A DNA stretch of 64,000 bases from an uncultured delta proteobacterium (lineage in GTDB: Bacteria; Desulfobacterota; Syntrophorhabdia; Syntrophorhabdales; WCHB1-27), in the NCBI GenBank assembly GCA_963810935.1, contig CAWEPK010000016.1:128001-192000 (forward strand). Reading direction: 5' to 3'. Under the pieces are notes generated by a model. That model was given only the letters and a program-made list of their open reading frames with translations. It had not been told where the DNA came from and searched no databases. A program made the position numbers and the translations under genes. Below, piece after piece: positions 8,783 through 18,666 of the stretch. How positions within the stretch are numbered: position 1 is the first letter of the stretch; each line of letters starts with the position of its first letter.

Positions 8783-9699
8783 GCGCAAGCAACCTCGAAA
8801 AAGTGCTGAAAGGCGGCAATTTTGCGGTCACCTCGGAGTGCGGTCCACCGAGGGGGGCGGACCCCGAACCCGTGCGCAAGAAGGGTGGCTACCTGAAGGG
8901 CTACGTGGACGCCGTCAACGTCACGGACAACCAGACGAGCGTTGTCAGGATGTCCAGCATCGGCGCCGCAGTCCTCCTGAAACAGATGGGTTTCGACCCC
9001 ATTATGCAGATGGTCTGCCGCGATCGCAACAGGATCGCGCTGCAAAGCGACATCCTCGGCGCCTCGGCCCTGGGTCTCGACAATGTCCTCTGCCTGTCCG
9101 GCGACCATCAGAAGTTCGGCGACCATCCTACGGCCAAAAATGTTTTTGACATAGACTCGATGCAGCTCATCGGGACTATAAAGGGATTGAGGGACGACGG
9201 AAGGTTCCTGGGCGGCGAAGAGGTGAAGGGGGGTAAGCCGGACATGTTCATAGGCTGCGCGGAGAACCCCTTTGCAGACCCGTTCGAGATCAGGGCGATG
9301 CGCCTTGCGAAGAAGGCTGCCTGCGGCGCCCAGTTCGTCCAGACCCAGTGCATCTTTAACGTGCCCAAGTTCGAGAAATGGATGGAGATGGTGCGCGACC
9401 TGGGTGTGCATGAAAAAATATATATCCTTGCCGGGATCACGCCGTGCAAGTCGATAGGCATGGCCCGCTACATGCAGAAGTCGGTGCCCGGCATGGACGT
9501 GCCCGAGGAATTGATAACCCGCCTCAAGGGCGTGCCCAAGGAGAAGGTGGTCGAGGAAGGGATTAAGATATGCATAGAGACGATCGAGCAGGTGCGGGCG
9601 ATCAAGGGGGTTGCAGGCGTCCACATAATGGCCATTGAATGGGAAGAAAAGGTCGCGGAGATCGTGCAGGCGGCCAAGCTTTACCCGCGCCCCTCGTGA
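8779..9699 (+). CDS. metF: 5,10-methylenetetrahydrofolate reductase
   Basis: SECGPPRG, NVTDNQ, CRDRNRIALQSD, LSGDH, QTQ, GVHIM motifs. Confidence 0.95.
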   Translation: MSASNLEKVLKGGNFAVTSECGPPRGADPEPVRKKGGYLKGYVDAVNVTDNQTSVVRMSSIGAAVLLKQMGFDPIMQMVCRDRNRIALQSDILGASALGLDNVLCLSGDHQKFGDHPTAKNVFDIDSMQLIGTIKGLRDDGRFLGGEEVKGGKPDMFIGCAENPFADPFEIRAMRLAKKAACGAQFVQTQCIFNVPKFEKWMEMVRDLGVHEKIYILAGITPCKSIGMARYMQKSVPGMDVPEELITRLKGVPKEKVVEEGIKICIETIEQVRAIKGVAGVHIMAIEWEEKVAEIVQAAKLYPRPS

Positions 9700-9720
9700 G
9701 ATAAAAAAACTGTGAATAGT

Positions 9721-9760
9721 TAAGGCCCGTGAAGGCAAAAGCCTTCACGGGCCTTACTTT
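9721..9760. terminator. Probable bidirectional intrinsic terminator
   Basis: Perfect 16-bp inverted repeat TAAGGCCCGTGAAGGC-AAAA-GCCTTCACGGGCCTTA between the convergent metF and regulator genes. Confidence 0.8.
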
Positions 9761-9789
9761 AAGGTTAGATAGTTCTATGTGCGCGGCCT

Positions 9790-11367
9790 TCAGCCCCGTT
9801 TGCGGGCGCGGCCGAAGGGAATGCCGAGCTTCTGCATGCGGTACCGCAGGGTGGCCGGGTTCATGCCGAGTACCGAGGCCGCCCCGTTTTTCCCTTCGAT
9901 TTTTCCCCCGGTGGTCTCCATTACGTACCTGATGTGGCGTGCCTCCACGTCGTCCAGCCTGAGCCTGCCCGGCTCCTCGGCGCCGTTGCTCGCGACGTCG
10001 GCAAGGTGGGGTGCGCCTTCCGAAAAGGCAGGCGGCGTTTCTTTATCGCCGTGGCCTGCTATGTCATCGAACGTCAGTTGTTTGCCGTCGCACTGTATAA
10101 GTGCCCGCTCGACCACATTGGCCACCTCGCGGACGTTGCCCGGCCACTCGTATTTTATGAGACGGTCGATGGAGCCCGGCGCAAGGGCAGGCATGGAGTG
10201 GAAGCCGAGCTCCCGCGCCTTCTTCTCGATGAAATGCTCGACCAGGGCCGGTATGTCCCCTCTGCGCTCGCGCAGCGGCGGGATGCGGATAGGATAAACC
10301 CTCAGCCGGTAATATAGGTCGTCCCTGAAGGAGCCTTCCGCAACCAGTTTTTCGAGGCTTCTGTGGGTCGCGGAGAGGATACGTATGTCTACCTTTATGG
10401 GCTGCGACCCGCCCACGCGCTCGATCTCCTTCTCCTGAAGCACCCGCAGGAGCCTTACCTGGGCCGGGGGCGGCAACTCCCCCACCTCGTCTAAGAAGAT
10501 CGTGCCTTTGTCGGCCCGTTCGAAGCGGCCTCTCCTTTCGGTAAGGGCGCCCGTGAAGGCTCCTTTTTCATGGCCGAAAAGCTCGCTGTCGATGAGGGAT
10601 TCGGGGATGGCCCCGCAGTTTACCGTTATCATCGGCCCTGCGCTTCTTGGGGAAAGATTATGGATGGCGTTGGCTACGATCTCCTTGCCGGTCCCTGTCT
10701 CGCCCACGAGCAAGACCGGGCTGGACAGGGGCGCTACCCTGTATACCTGTTCCATCACATCTTTAAGACCGAAGTTGGTCCCTACAATTTGGGCGCCTAC
10801 GGTTCTCCGCAGCTCGTTATGCAGGTACCTGTTGTCGTCGGCCAGTTTTTCTTTCAGTTTCAGCAGCTCCAGGTACTGGCGGCTGTTGGCCAGGGCGATC
10901 CCCACGGGCTCGTTGACGATCGACCACAGGTCGCCGTGCTCCTCTGTGTACCTGCCTTTTCCGTCTGCCCGTACGATGAGGGAGCCGATGAATTTGCTCT
11001 GGATAATGAGGCGTGCGACTATGATCGAAGATTCAGGCCATTTTAGCTGTAAGCCGACCTCTTTGATTATGGAGTCCTGCAGGAAGTCGCTTTTGATGCG
11101 GACCCTTCTGAACTGCTGAACGTTCTCCAGCTCGTTCCTGACGAAAACGGGCATGGGCACGCCGTCGGAACCCGTAGAAAAACCTTTTTCGTCAGCCCGC
11201 GCGAAAATTTCAAGCACTCCCAACGACTGATTATATACAGTCAGAATCAACTCGTCGGCCGGCATTGCCTCCCGGATGAAGAGCAGACACCGCCACAGGG
11301 CTTCTCCTATATTAAGGCTTCCGCAGATACGAAAAATGAATTCGCGAAAGAAATCGTTCTTATTCAT
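9790..11367 (-). CDS. Sigma-54-dependent transcriptional activator (GAF-like + AAA+ + Fis HTH)
   Basis: GETGTGKE, ELFGHEKGAFTGA, FLDEVGE, WPGNVRE, C-terminal HTH. Confidence 0.95.
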   Translation of the reverse strand: MNKNDFFREFIFRICGSLNIGEALWRCLLFIREAMPADELILTVYNQSLGVLEIFARADEKGFSTGSDGVPMPVFVRNELENVQQFRRVRIKSDFLQDSIIKEVGLQLKWPESSIIVARLIIQSKFIGSLIVRADGKGRYTEEHGDLWSIVNEPVGIALANSRQYLELLKLKEKLADDNRYLHNELRRTVGAQIVGTNFGLKDVMEQVYRVAPLSSPVLLVGETGTGKEIVANAIHNLSPRSAGPMITVNCGAIPESLIDSELFGHEKGAFTGALTERRGRFERADKGTIFLDEVGELPPPAQVRLLRVLQEKEIERVGGSQPIKVDIRILSATHRSLEKLVAEGSFRDDLYYRLRVYPIRIPPLRERRGDIPALVEHFIEKKARELGFHSMPALAPGSIDRLIKYEWPGNVREVANVVERALIQCDGKQLTFDDIAGHGDKETPPAFSEGAPHLADVASNGAEEPGRLRLDDVEARHIRYVMETTGGKIEGKNGAASVLGMNPATLRYRMQKLGIPFGRARKRG

Positions 11368-11567
11368 CGGCTTTCCCGATCACCGTAAATCGAGAATCCC
11401 CCCTGATTAACCGCTTACTGTACCGTTTTTAGGATGAGCAGTTGTGTTTTCTCACGTGCCCATTAATCTACAACATATCTTCTAATTATGATAGATAATT
11501 CTGCAATATTTAATAGTATCCCTTGTTTGCTTCCCTCCAGATCAAAGACGCCGGTAACTTCTATACT

Positions 11568-11584
11568 TTGGCACGTTTTATGCT
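11568..11584 (+). promoter_or_regulatory. Sigma-54 (-24/-12) promoter
   Basis: TTGGCACGTTTTATGCT: GG-N10-GC with TGGCACG; divergent from the sigma-54 activator across an AT-rich spacer. Confidence 0.8.
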
Positions 11585-11596
11585 GCTTACTCATGG

Positions 11597-11881
11597 ATGC
11601 TGTGGATGGAGATGATCCGTCTAAGAACCACGCCGTCTCAACTGGATGGAGTTGCCCGCCTGATCTCCGATAACATCAGGCAGGCAACCGGAGAATCGGG
11701 ACTCCTCCGGGTCCGGATGTACCACAGCGCTGAGTATCAGACCGATCTGGCGCTCAGCTTTACCTGGGAGACCAATGTGATGCAGCAAAAGGGGAGCCGG
11801 GCGGGCTTGAGCATCAGCGAGGCGCTCAAGAACTTCGGGCTTGTAGAGCACTCGATATGGATGGAAAGAGAGCCGGCTTGA
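11597..11881 (+). CDS. Small hypothetical protein
   Basis: 94-aa ORF directly after the sigma-54 promoter, co-oriented with the downstream operon; no recognisable catalytic motif. Confidence 0.7.
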   Translation: MLWMEMIRLRTTPSQLDGVARLISDNIRQATGESGLLRVRMYHSAEYQTDLALSFTWETNVMQQKGSRAGLSISEALKNFGLVEHSIWMEREPA

Positions 11882-11916
11882 GCAAAGGCCCTATCGCCGG
11901 TACATAGGGGAGCTGC

Positions 11917-14643
11917 ATGGGGGACATAAGAAAAATGTTCGAGCCGAAAACTATCGCGGTTTTCGGCGATATGGACGCGGATGGTTCTGTAGAAAAGATT
12001 CTGCTTGCCAACCTGCTTCTTTCCAACAGTCATAAGACCTTTTGGGTACACGCCGAAGAAAACGGCGGAGAACCCGCAAAGAAGGCGAAAAAAGGAACAA
12101 AACCTAAAACATTGGTGGTGAGCCCTACGGGCGAATCCATCTTCGACCTGAGTTCCTATCCCGAGGTGGCGGCCATACCGGAAAAGATAGACCTGGCCGT
12201 AATTGCAACCCCCGCGCCAGGCGTCCCTCAGATTGTTGAGGAATGCGGAAAAGCCGGGGTGGAGGGCATAGCTATCCTCTCGGGCGGCTTCAGGGAGGCG
12301 GGAGAGGAAGGGGCAAGGCTCGAGGAGGCCGTCAGCCGTATAGCCAGGGGCTACGGTATGCCGATACTGGGGCCGAACAGGGGCAGCATCATAAGGCCGA
12401 GCATAGGCCTCAATACGTCGATCTTCGACGTGCAGCCCGACGAGGGGAACATTGCGTTCATCTCGCAGAGCGCCTCTGTCGCCCGCGTAGTCCTTGACTG
12501 GGCGGCAAACGCCCACGTCGGCTTCAGCATGGTGATTTCGCTCGGCTCGATGGCCGACATAGACTTTGGCGACCTCATCGATTTTCTCGGCGAAGACCCT
12601 TTGACGCGCAGCATCATGATCTACATGGAGTCGATCGGCAACGCACGCAAGTTCATGAGCGCCGCGCGCAGTTTCGCTAGGAGCAAGCCGATCGTAGTAG
12701 TGAGATCGGGCCAGTTCAAAGAGAGCGCCCGTGCTTCTCATTCACACACCGGGTCCCTTGCGGGCTACGATAAGGCGTACGAGGTGGCCTTCAGGCGGGC
12801 CGGGGTCGTCCGGGTCCGGGAGATTATGGACCTCTTTAACGCGGCTGAGGTGCTCCATTCCAAAAACCTGCCCGGGGGGCCCTCCCTGGCAATAGTCACG
12901 AACGCCGGCGGCCTGGGTGTTATGGCTACAGACATACTCATCGGCTTCGGGGGCAAGTTGGCTCCGCTGTCGGATAAAAGCATAGACGACCTGGACCTCT
13001 TCCTGCCGCCGCACTGGAGCAGGAACAACCCCGTTGACCTTTTCGGGGACGCGGACATCGAAAGGTACACGAAGGCGGTCAACGTCTGTCTCGCGGACAG
13101 GTGCGTGGACGGCATTCTGATTATCTATGCCTCCAGCACGGCCGCCGACCCTAAGGACCTGGCCGTGGCTGTGGCGGAGATCGCCAAGCAGGCGACGAAG
13201 CCCGTGATCGTCACCTGGATGGGCGGTCCCAGCGTCGGGGAAGGAAAGAAGGCATTCAAGGATATACGGATACCTGTCTACGAAACGCCGGAAGAGGCCA
13301 TAAAGACGTACCTTTACATGTACCGGTATAAGCGGAACCTGGAGCTCCTGTACGAAACCCCGGCGGATTTGAGGGTAGACCAGGGACCGCCGAAGAACAA
13401 CTTGAAGGCGTTCATACGGCGCAGCCTCAAAGAAGGGAAAAGCGTCTTTACCGAGGCGGAGTCGAAGAACTTCCTGAACAGCTACGGGATCCCGAGCACC
13501 ACCCCGTTTATGGCGGACAGCGCCGGGATCGCCGCTAACTGGGCGGAGAGGGTGGGCTACCCCGTAGTCCTGAAAGTCGTCTCCTCCGATATCCTTCGCA
13601 GGAGCGAGGTGGGCGGCACCGTGGCGGTCTATGCGCCGAGCCTGCTGAGGTCCGAATACGAAGCGCTTCTGAAGAGGGTCGCGGAGAACCGCCCGGACGC
13701 CAAAATCGCGGGTGTGACCGTCGAAAAGATGGTCGAGAACATCGAAACGCAGATCGCTTTAGGGGCTGACAAGGATCACGATTTCGGGTGTATCATATAC
13801 TTCGGCACGGGTGGTATAGGTTCTGACGTGTACCGGGATATCTCGTTCGGGATACCGCCCCTCAACCAGACCCTCGCCAGGCTCCTCATGGAGGAGACTG
13901 AGGTGTACAGGGTATTGAAGGGACTTGGGTCCAAAAAGCCCGCTGACTTGCGCGAGATCGAGCAGATTATCGTCCGCTTCTCCGACCTCGTGATCGATTT
14001 CCCGGAGATATCACAAGTAAACATTAACCCGATAGTCATCTCGAACGGCAAGCCGCTTGTGGTTAACGCCCAGATCATACTGGAGACCGGGGAGGTCGGC
14101 CAGTATCCCCACGTAGTCATCACGCCTTACCCGACCCGTTACGTCAGCCAGTGGCACTTCGAGGACGGCAGGCAGGTTCTGCTGCGGCCCGTAAAGCCGG
14201 AGGACGAGCCGCTTGAGCACGACCTGCTCAGCTCCCTGTCGGAAGCTACGATGAGGGCGCGGTTCTTCTCGATAATCAAGGACATCTCCCACGAGATGCT
14301 GATCCGCTACTGCAACATCGATTACGACCGGGAAATGGCCATAGTAGCGGAGGTGCGCGAGAACGAGAAAAGAAAGATGATAGGCATAGCGAGGCTGATC
14401 GTAGACAGACAGTTCAAGTCCGGGGAGTTCGCCGTCCTCGTCCACGATGACTACCAGGGCAAAGGACTCGGCCTTAAGCTCGTCGACGTGCTTATAGGCA
14501 TTGCTGAAGATAAAGGGCTGGGCGGTATCTACGGTGAGATATTGACGGAAAACGAAAAGATGATCGCGGTATGCAGAAAGCTCGGATTTACCATCGAGAG
14601 GTCAGACGAGGAAGTGACCAGAGTCAACCTCGAGCTGCGATAA
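11917..14643 (+). CDS. Acetate-CoA ligase (ADP-forming)-like / GNAT acetyltransferase fusion (Pat/Pka family)
   Basis: CoA-binding and ligase domains (SHTGSLAG, TNAGG, NPVD), ATP-grasp, C-terminal GNAT (RPVKPEDE, IDYDREMA, YQGKGLG). Confidence 0.92.
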   Translation: MGDIRKMFEPKTIAVFGDMDADGSVEKILLANLLLSNSHKTFWVHAEENGGEPAKKAKKGTKPKTLVVSPTGESIFDLSSYPEVAAIPEKIDLAVIATPAPGVPQIVEECGKAGVEGIAILSGGFREAGEEGARLEEAVSRIARGYGMPILGPNRGSIIRPSIGLNTSIFDVQPDEGNIAFISQSASVARVVLDWAANAHVGFSMVISLGSMADIDFGDLIDFLGEDPLTRSIMIYMESIGNARKFMSAARSFARSKPIVVVRSGQFKESARASHSHTGSLAGYDKAYEVAFRRAGVVRVREIMDLFNAAEVLHSKNLPGGPSLAIVTNAGGLGVMATDILIGFGGKLAPLSDKSIDDLDLFLPPHWSRNNPVDLFGDADIERYTKAVNVCLADRCVDGILIIYASSTAADPKDLAVAVAEIAKQATKPVIVTWMGGPSVGEGKKAFKDIRIPVYETPEEAIKTYLYMYRYKRNLELLYETPADLRVDQGPPKNNLKAFIRRSLKEGKSVFTEAESKNFLNSYGIPSTTPFMADSAGIAANWAERVGYPVVLKVVSSDILRRSEVGGTVAVYAPSLLRSEYEALLKRVAENRPDAKIAGVTVEKMVENIETQIALGADKDHDFGCIIYFGTGGIGSDVYRDISFGIPPLNQTLARLLMEETEVYRVLKGLGSKKPADLREIEQIIVRFSDLVIDFPEISQVNINPIVISNGKPLVVNAQIILETGEVGQYPHVVITPYPTRYVSQWHFEDGRQVLLRPVKPEDEPLEHDLLSSLSEATMRARFFSIIKDISHEMLIRYCNIDYDREMAIVAEVRENEKRKMIGIARLIVDRQFKSGEFAVLVHDDYQGKGLGLKLVDVLIGIAEDKGLGGIYGEILTENEKMIAVCRKLGFTIERSDEEVTRVNLELR

Positions 14644-14700
14644 AGGTACGGTCAAACCGCGTCTTCGCGGATCAGTATTTATCATAAGGAGACCAGTGAG

Positions 14701-15351
14701 ATGAAGAGTCCTAGACCTGCACCGTATAGCCCTTCCGACTCCGGCGCCCGCCCCTCGCTTCTTTATGAAGTGAGGAAGGTGCTGAAGTACCAGTCGGAGC
14801 TGAACCCGGAGTTCGGCATTGACGTGGCCCGTAAGGCCCATGGGGAGAGCCTGCTGGGATGTATCCAGTGCGGTACGTGCTCGGGTACATGCCCGGTGAG
14901 CCATTACATGGACTATTCGCCGAGGAAGATCATCGCCATGGTCCGCTCAGGGTTCGAGGAAGAAGTCCTGACGAGCACTACCATCTGGCTTTGCGCCTCC
15001 TGCTACCAGTGCACTGTAGACTGCCCGAAGCAGATCAGGATCACGGACATCATGTATGCCCTTAAGCAGAAGGCGATTGCGCGCCACCTCTATCCGGCCA
15101 AGTTCCCGGTGCCCATCATGGCGGAGGAGTTCTACAAGAATGTTGCGAAGAACGGCAGGAACTCCGAAGGCACCCTCATGATAAACATGGCGCGGAGGAC
15201 GAGTATTTTCAATCTCTTCAAGTATACACGCCTCGGGATGAAGCTCTTCACGACGGGCAGGATGGCGCTTCGGGAAGAGGGCATCAAGAACAAGGAACAG
15301 CTCCGCGCGCTTCTGCGGGGCGTAGAAAAGGCTGAGGAGGAAGCGAGATGA
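14701..15351 (+). CDS. hdrC: Heterodisulfide reductase subunit C
   Basis: CIQCGTCSGTCP, CASCYQCTVDCP; start position uncertain. Confidence 0.9.
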   Translation: MKSPRPAPYSPSDSGARPSLLYEVRKVLKYQSELNPEFGIDVARKAHGESLLGCIQCGTCSGTCPVSHYMDYSPRKIIAMVRSGFEEEVLTSTTIWLCASCYQCTVDCPKQIRITDIMYALKQKAIARHLYPAKFPVPIMAEEFYKNVAKNGRNSEGTLMINMARRTSIFNLFKYTRLGMKLFTTGRMALREEGIKNKEQLRALLRGVEKAEEEAR

Positions 15352-16229
15352 AATATCTCTATTACCCAGGCTGTTCCCTGAAGAGTACCGGAAAGCCTTA
15401 CGAGGAATCGTTGAAGGCGGTCTTCTCCGCGCTCGGCGTGCCGCTCGAAGAGCTCGACGACTGGAACTGTTGCGGCGCCACGGCTTACATGGCAGTGGAC
15501 GAGGTCAAGTCCTTCGCCCTCTCCGCGCGCAACCTGGCTCTCGCCGAGAAGCAGGGCGAGCCCGCAGATAACGGCCATGTCCAGCTCGTCGCCCCGTGTT
15601 CCGCCTGCTATGCCCTTTCCCTGAAGACGCAGCACTACCTTGATGAGAACCTGGACATCAGGAAGAAGGTCGACCGGGGCCTGCAGGAGGCCGGTCTCAC
15701 GTATGAAGGGAAGGTCGATGTGCGCCACCCCCTCGACGTTTTGATGAACGACATCGGGACGGACAAAATAAAGGAGGCGGTCAAATCGCCTGTCGGAAAC
15801 AATGTGGCATGTTATTACGGGTGCCAGATCGTCAGGCCCTATGCCACTTTCGACAACCAGGCAAACCCGACCAGCCTCGACGATATGATGAAGGCCATAG
15901 GGGCCACGCCCGTGCCCTGGGCGATGAAGACGCGCTGCTGCGGCGGGACGCTCGTGGGCACGATAAGGGACGTCGGCTTCCGCCTCAACTACCTTATTCT
16001 CAAAGAAGCGGAGAGGAGAGGGGCCGATACCGTCGCCACCACCTGCCCCTTGTGCCAGTTCGGCCTGGAGTGCTTCCAGCCCGACATGAACGCAAACTAC
16101 AGAGGCGGCGTGGACATGCCGGTGGTCTACTTTACCCAGTTGCTGGGCGTCGCCCTCGGCATTCCCGAGAACAAGCTGGGCATGCAACGGCTCTTCGTGC
16201 CGTACAAGAAGGCTCAAATAGGAGGTTAG
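15348..16229 (+). CDS. hdrB: Heterodisulfide reductase subunit B
   Basis: YYPGCS/CCGA/PCSAC and YYGC/CCGG/TCPLCQ CCG domains. Confidence 0.94.
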   Translation: MKYLYYPGCSLKSTGKPYEESLKAVFSALGVPLEELDDWNCCGATAYMAVDEVKSFALSARNLALAEKQGEPADNGHVQLVAPCSACYALSLKTQHYLDENLDIRKKVDRGLQEAGLTYEGKVDVRHPLDVLMNDIGTDKIKEAVKSPVGNNVACYYGCQIVRPYATFDNQANPTSLDDMMKAIGATPVPWAMKTRCCGGTLVGTIRDVGFRLNYLILKEAERRGADTVATTCPLCQFGLECFQPDMNANYRGGVDMPVVYFTQLLGVALGIPENKLGMQRLFVPYKKAQIGG

Positions 16230-16232
16230 CCA

Positions 16233-18221
16233 ATGGCAGCGAATGGATTACCAAGAATTGGGGTCTATGTGTGCGAATGCGGCACGAACATCGCCGCCAC
16301 CGTAGACGGAGAGGCCCTGGCCGAATTTGCCTCCACCCTTCCGGGTGTGGCCGTTGCCAGGAAATACAAGTATATCTGCTCGGAGCCGGGGCAGCAGATG
16401 ATCCAGCAGGACATCAAGGATCAAAATATAGAAAGGGTTGTCGTCGCTTCCTGCTCGCCCAGGATGCACGAGTCGACGTTCCAGACGGCCCTTGAGAAAG
16501 CCGGGCTTAACCCGTTCTATTTCGCCATGGTCAACATCAGGGAGCACGTTTCCTGGGTCGTCAAGGACAAAGATATGGCGACGGCGAAGGCGAAGAGGCT
16601 CATCAGGGCCGCAGTATCGAGGGTGCTGCTCCAGCAGGAGCTTTTCTCCCGGAAGGACACCGTCACGCCCAAGGCCCTTGTGGTGGGCGGGGGCATCGCA
16701 GGCATCCAGGCGGCCCTTAACATCGCCGATGCCGGCTACCGGGTTTACCTGGTCGAGCGGAAACCTTCTATAGGGGGCCACATGGCCCAGCTCGACAAGA
16801 CGTTCCCGACACTAGACTGTAGTACCTGAATTCTCGGCCCCAAAATGATGGATGCCGGTCGGCATCCGAACATCACCCTTCTAACGAACAGTGAAGTTAC
16901 GAATGTATCGGGCTATGTGGGCAACTACAAAGTGACCGTGAAGAAGAAGCCGCGCTATATCAAAGAAGAGCTTTGCGTGGGCTGCCTCCAGTGCATCGAC
17001 GGATGCACCTATAAAGAGGCGAAGTTCGCCGACGAGTTTCAGATGGGCCTCGGCAAGCGCAAGCCTATATACCTGCCTTTCCCTCAGGCAACCCCGCAGG
17101 TCGTGCTCATCGACCCGGGCCGCTGCATCCAGTTAAAGACGGGCAAATGCAAGAAAACCTGCGCCACGGCCTGCGACAGGAATGCCATCGACTTCGAGCA
17201 AAAGGAAGAGACATTAGAGGTGGACGTCGGCGCCATCGTCATCGCTACGGGCTTCGAGATGTTCGATGCAGCGAGACTCCCGCAGTACGGCTACGGCATT
17301 TATCCTAACGTTTACACCGGCCTCGAAGTCGAGAGGCTCACGAGCGCCTCGGGGCCTACCGGCGGCGAGGTGGTCTTGCGGGACGGCACGCATCCGAAGA
17401 GCGTCGCCATCATACACTGCGTCGGCTCCCGCGACGAGAAGACGAACCGCTGGTGCTCCAGGGTCTGCTGCATGTATTCCCTGAAGCTTGCCCACATGGT
17501 GAAAGACCACACGGGCGCCGAGGTCTACAACTTCTATATCGACATGCGTACGCCTGGAAAGGGCTACGAAGAGTTTTACGACAAGCTGCTCGCCGAGGGC
17601 GTCCATTTCATACGCGGCCGCGTTGCCGAGGTGACCGACTGGGCAATCAGTCAGGAAGAAATCGGGAAGCTCGTTATCAGGGCGGAGGATACACTGATCG
17701 GCGTTGTAAGAAGGATACCTGTCGATATGGTCATCCTTTCCACAGGGCTTCAGCCGCAGGAAGACGCCGCGCAAGTGGCGTCCATGTTCACCATAAGCCG
17801 CTCCGCGGACGGGTTCTTCGCGGAGGCGCACCCGAAGCTGCGGCCGGTCGAAACGAACACGGAGGGGGTCTACCTTGCGGGTTGCGCCCAGGGGCCAAGG
17901 GACGTGCCTGACACTGTCGCCCATGCCGGGGCCGCGGCTTCTATGGCGGTCGCACTTCTCAACAGGGGGGAGGTGACTATATCGCCGACTGTGGCGTCGG
18001 TCGACGAGAAGCTGTGCAGCGCCTGCAAGACGTGTCTCTCTGTCTGTCCCTTCCAGGCGATTACCTTCGACGGTGAAAAGAAGCTGGCTAAGGTTAACAG
18101 CGCCCTGTGCAAGGGCTGCGGTACGTGCGTCGCTACCTGTCCTGCGGCGGCAATTTCAGACGCCCATTTCTCGGTCGAGCAGATCGTCGCACAGATAGAA
18201 GGGCTTCTCAAAACTGCTTAA
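16233..18221 (+). CDS. hdrA: Selenocysteine-containing heterodisulfide reductase subunit A (Sec199, 662 aa)
   Basis: ORFs 16233..16829 and 16845..18221 share a frame, separated only by TGA 16827-16829: DKTFPTLDCST-U-ILGPKMMD, versus DKTFPTNDCSM-C-IMAPK in the HdrL of this window. Confidence 0.94.
16846..16875 (+). promoter_or_regulatory. Putative SECIS element for hdrA
   Basis: TGAT-GGATGCC-GGTC-GGCATCC-GAAC-ATCA: perfect 7-bp upper stem, GG-starting tetraloop 27 nt after the UGA, bulged lower stem. Confidence 0.75.
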
Positions 18222-18230
18222 AGGAGCACG

Positions 18231-18665
18231 ATGATGATATTCGAACCAAGAATAATCGCCTTCCTCTGCAACTGGTGTACCTATACAGCAGCAGATGCCG
18301 CAGGCGTCGCCCGTCTGGAGCAGCCCGGAAACATAGACGCTATAAGAGTTATGTGTACGGGCAGGATAGAGCCCATGTTCGTAATGAAGGCATTTGCCGA
18401 AGGGGCGGACGGGGTTATTGTTTCCGGCTGCCACCCCCCGGGAGACTGCCATTACACGAACGGCAACTTCAAGACCTTCCGCCGCATGCCTCTCTTAGAG
18501 ACGCTCCTTTCCGAGTTCGGCATTGAGAAGGGGAGGTTCCACTGGGGCTGGATATCCGGCGCCGAGGCGCCCAAGTGGGCGCAGCTAGCCCGGACTTTCA
18601 CCGAACAGGTACGCGAGCTGGGGCCGCTTGACTGGAAAGCCCAGCTCGCGAGCAAGGAGGATTAG
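18231..18665 (+). CDS. mvhD: MvhD [2Fe-2S] subunit (Cys form)
   Basis: FLCNWCTYTAAD, MCTGR, GCHPPGDCHY. Confidence 0.93.
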   Translation: MMIFEPRIIAFLCNWCTYTAADAAGVARLEQPGNIDAIRVMCTGRIEPMFVMKAFAEGADGVIVSGCHPPGDCHYTNGNFKTFRRMPLLETLLSEFGIEKGRFHWGWISGAEAPKWAQLARTFTEQVRELGPLDWKAQLASKED

Positions 18666-18666
18666 C

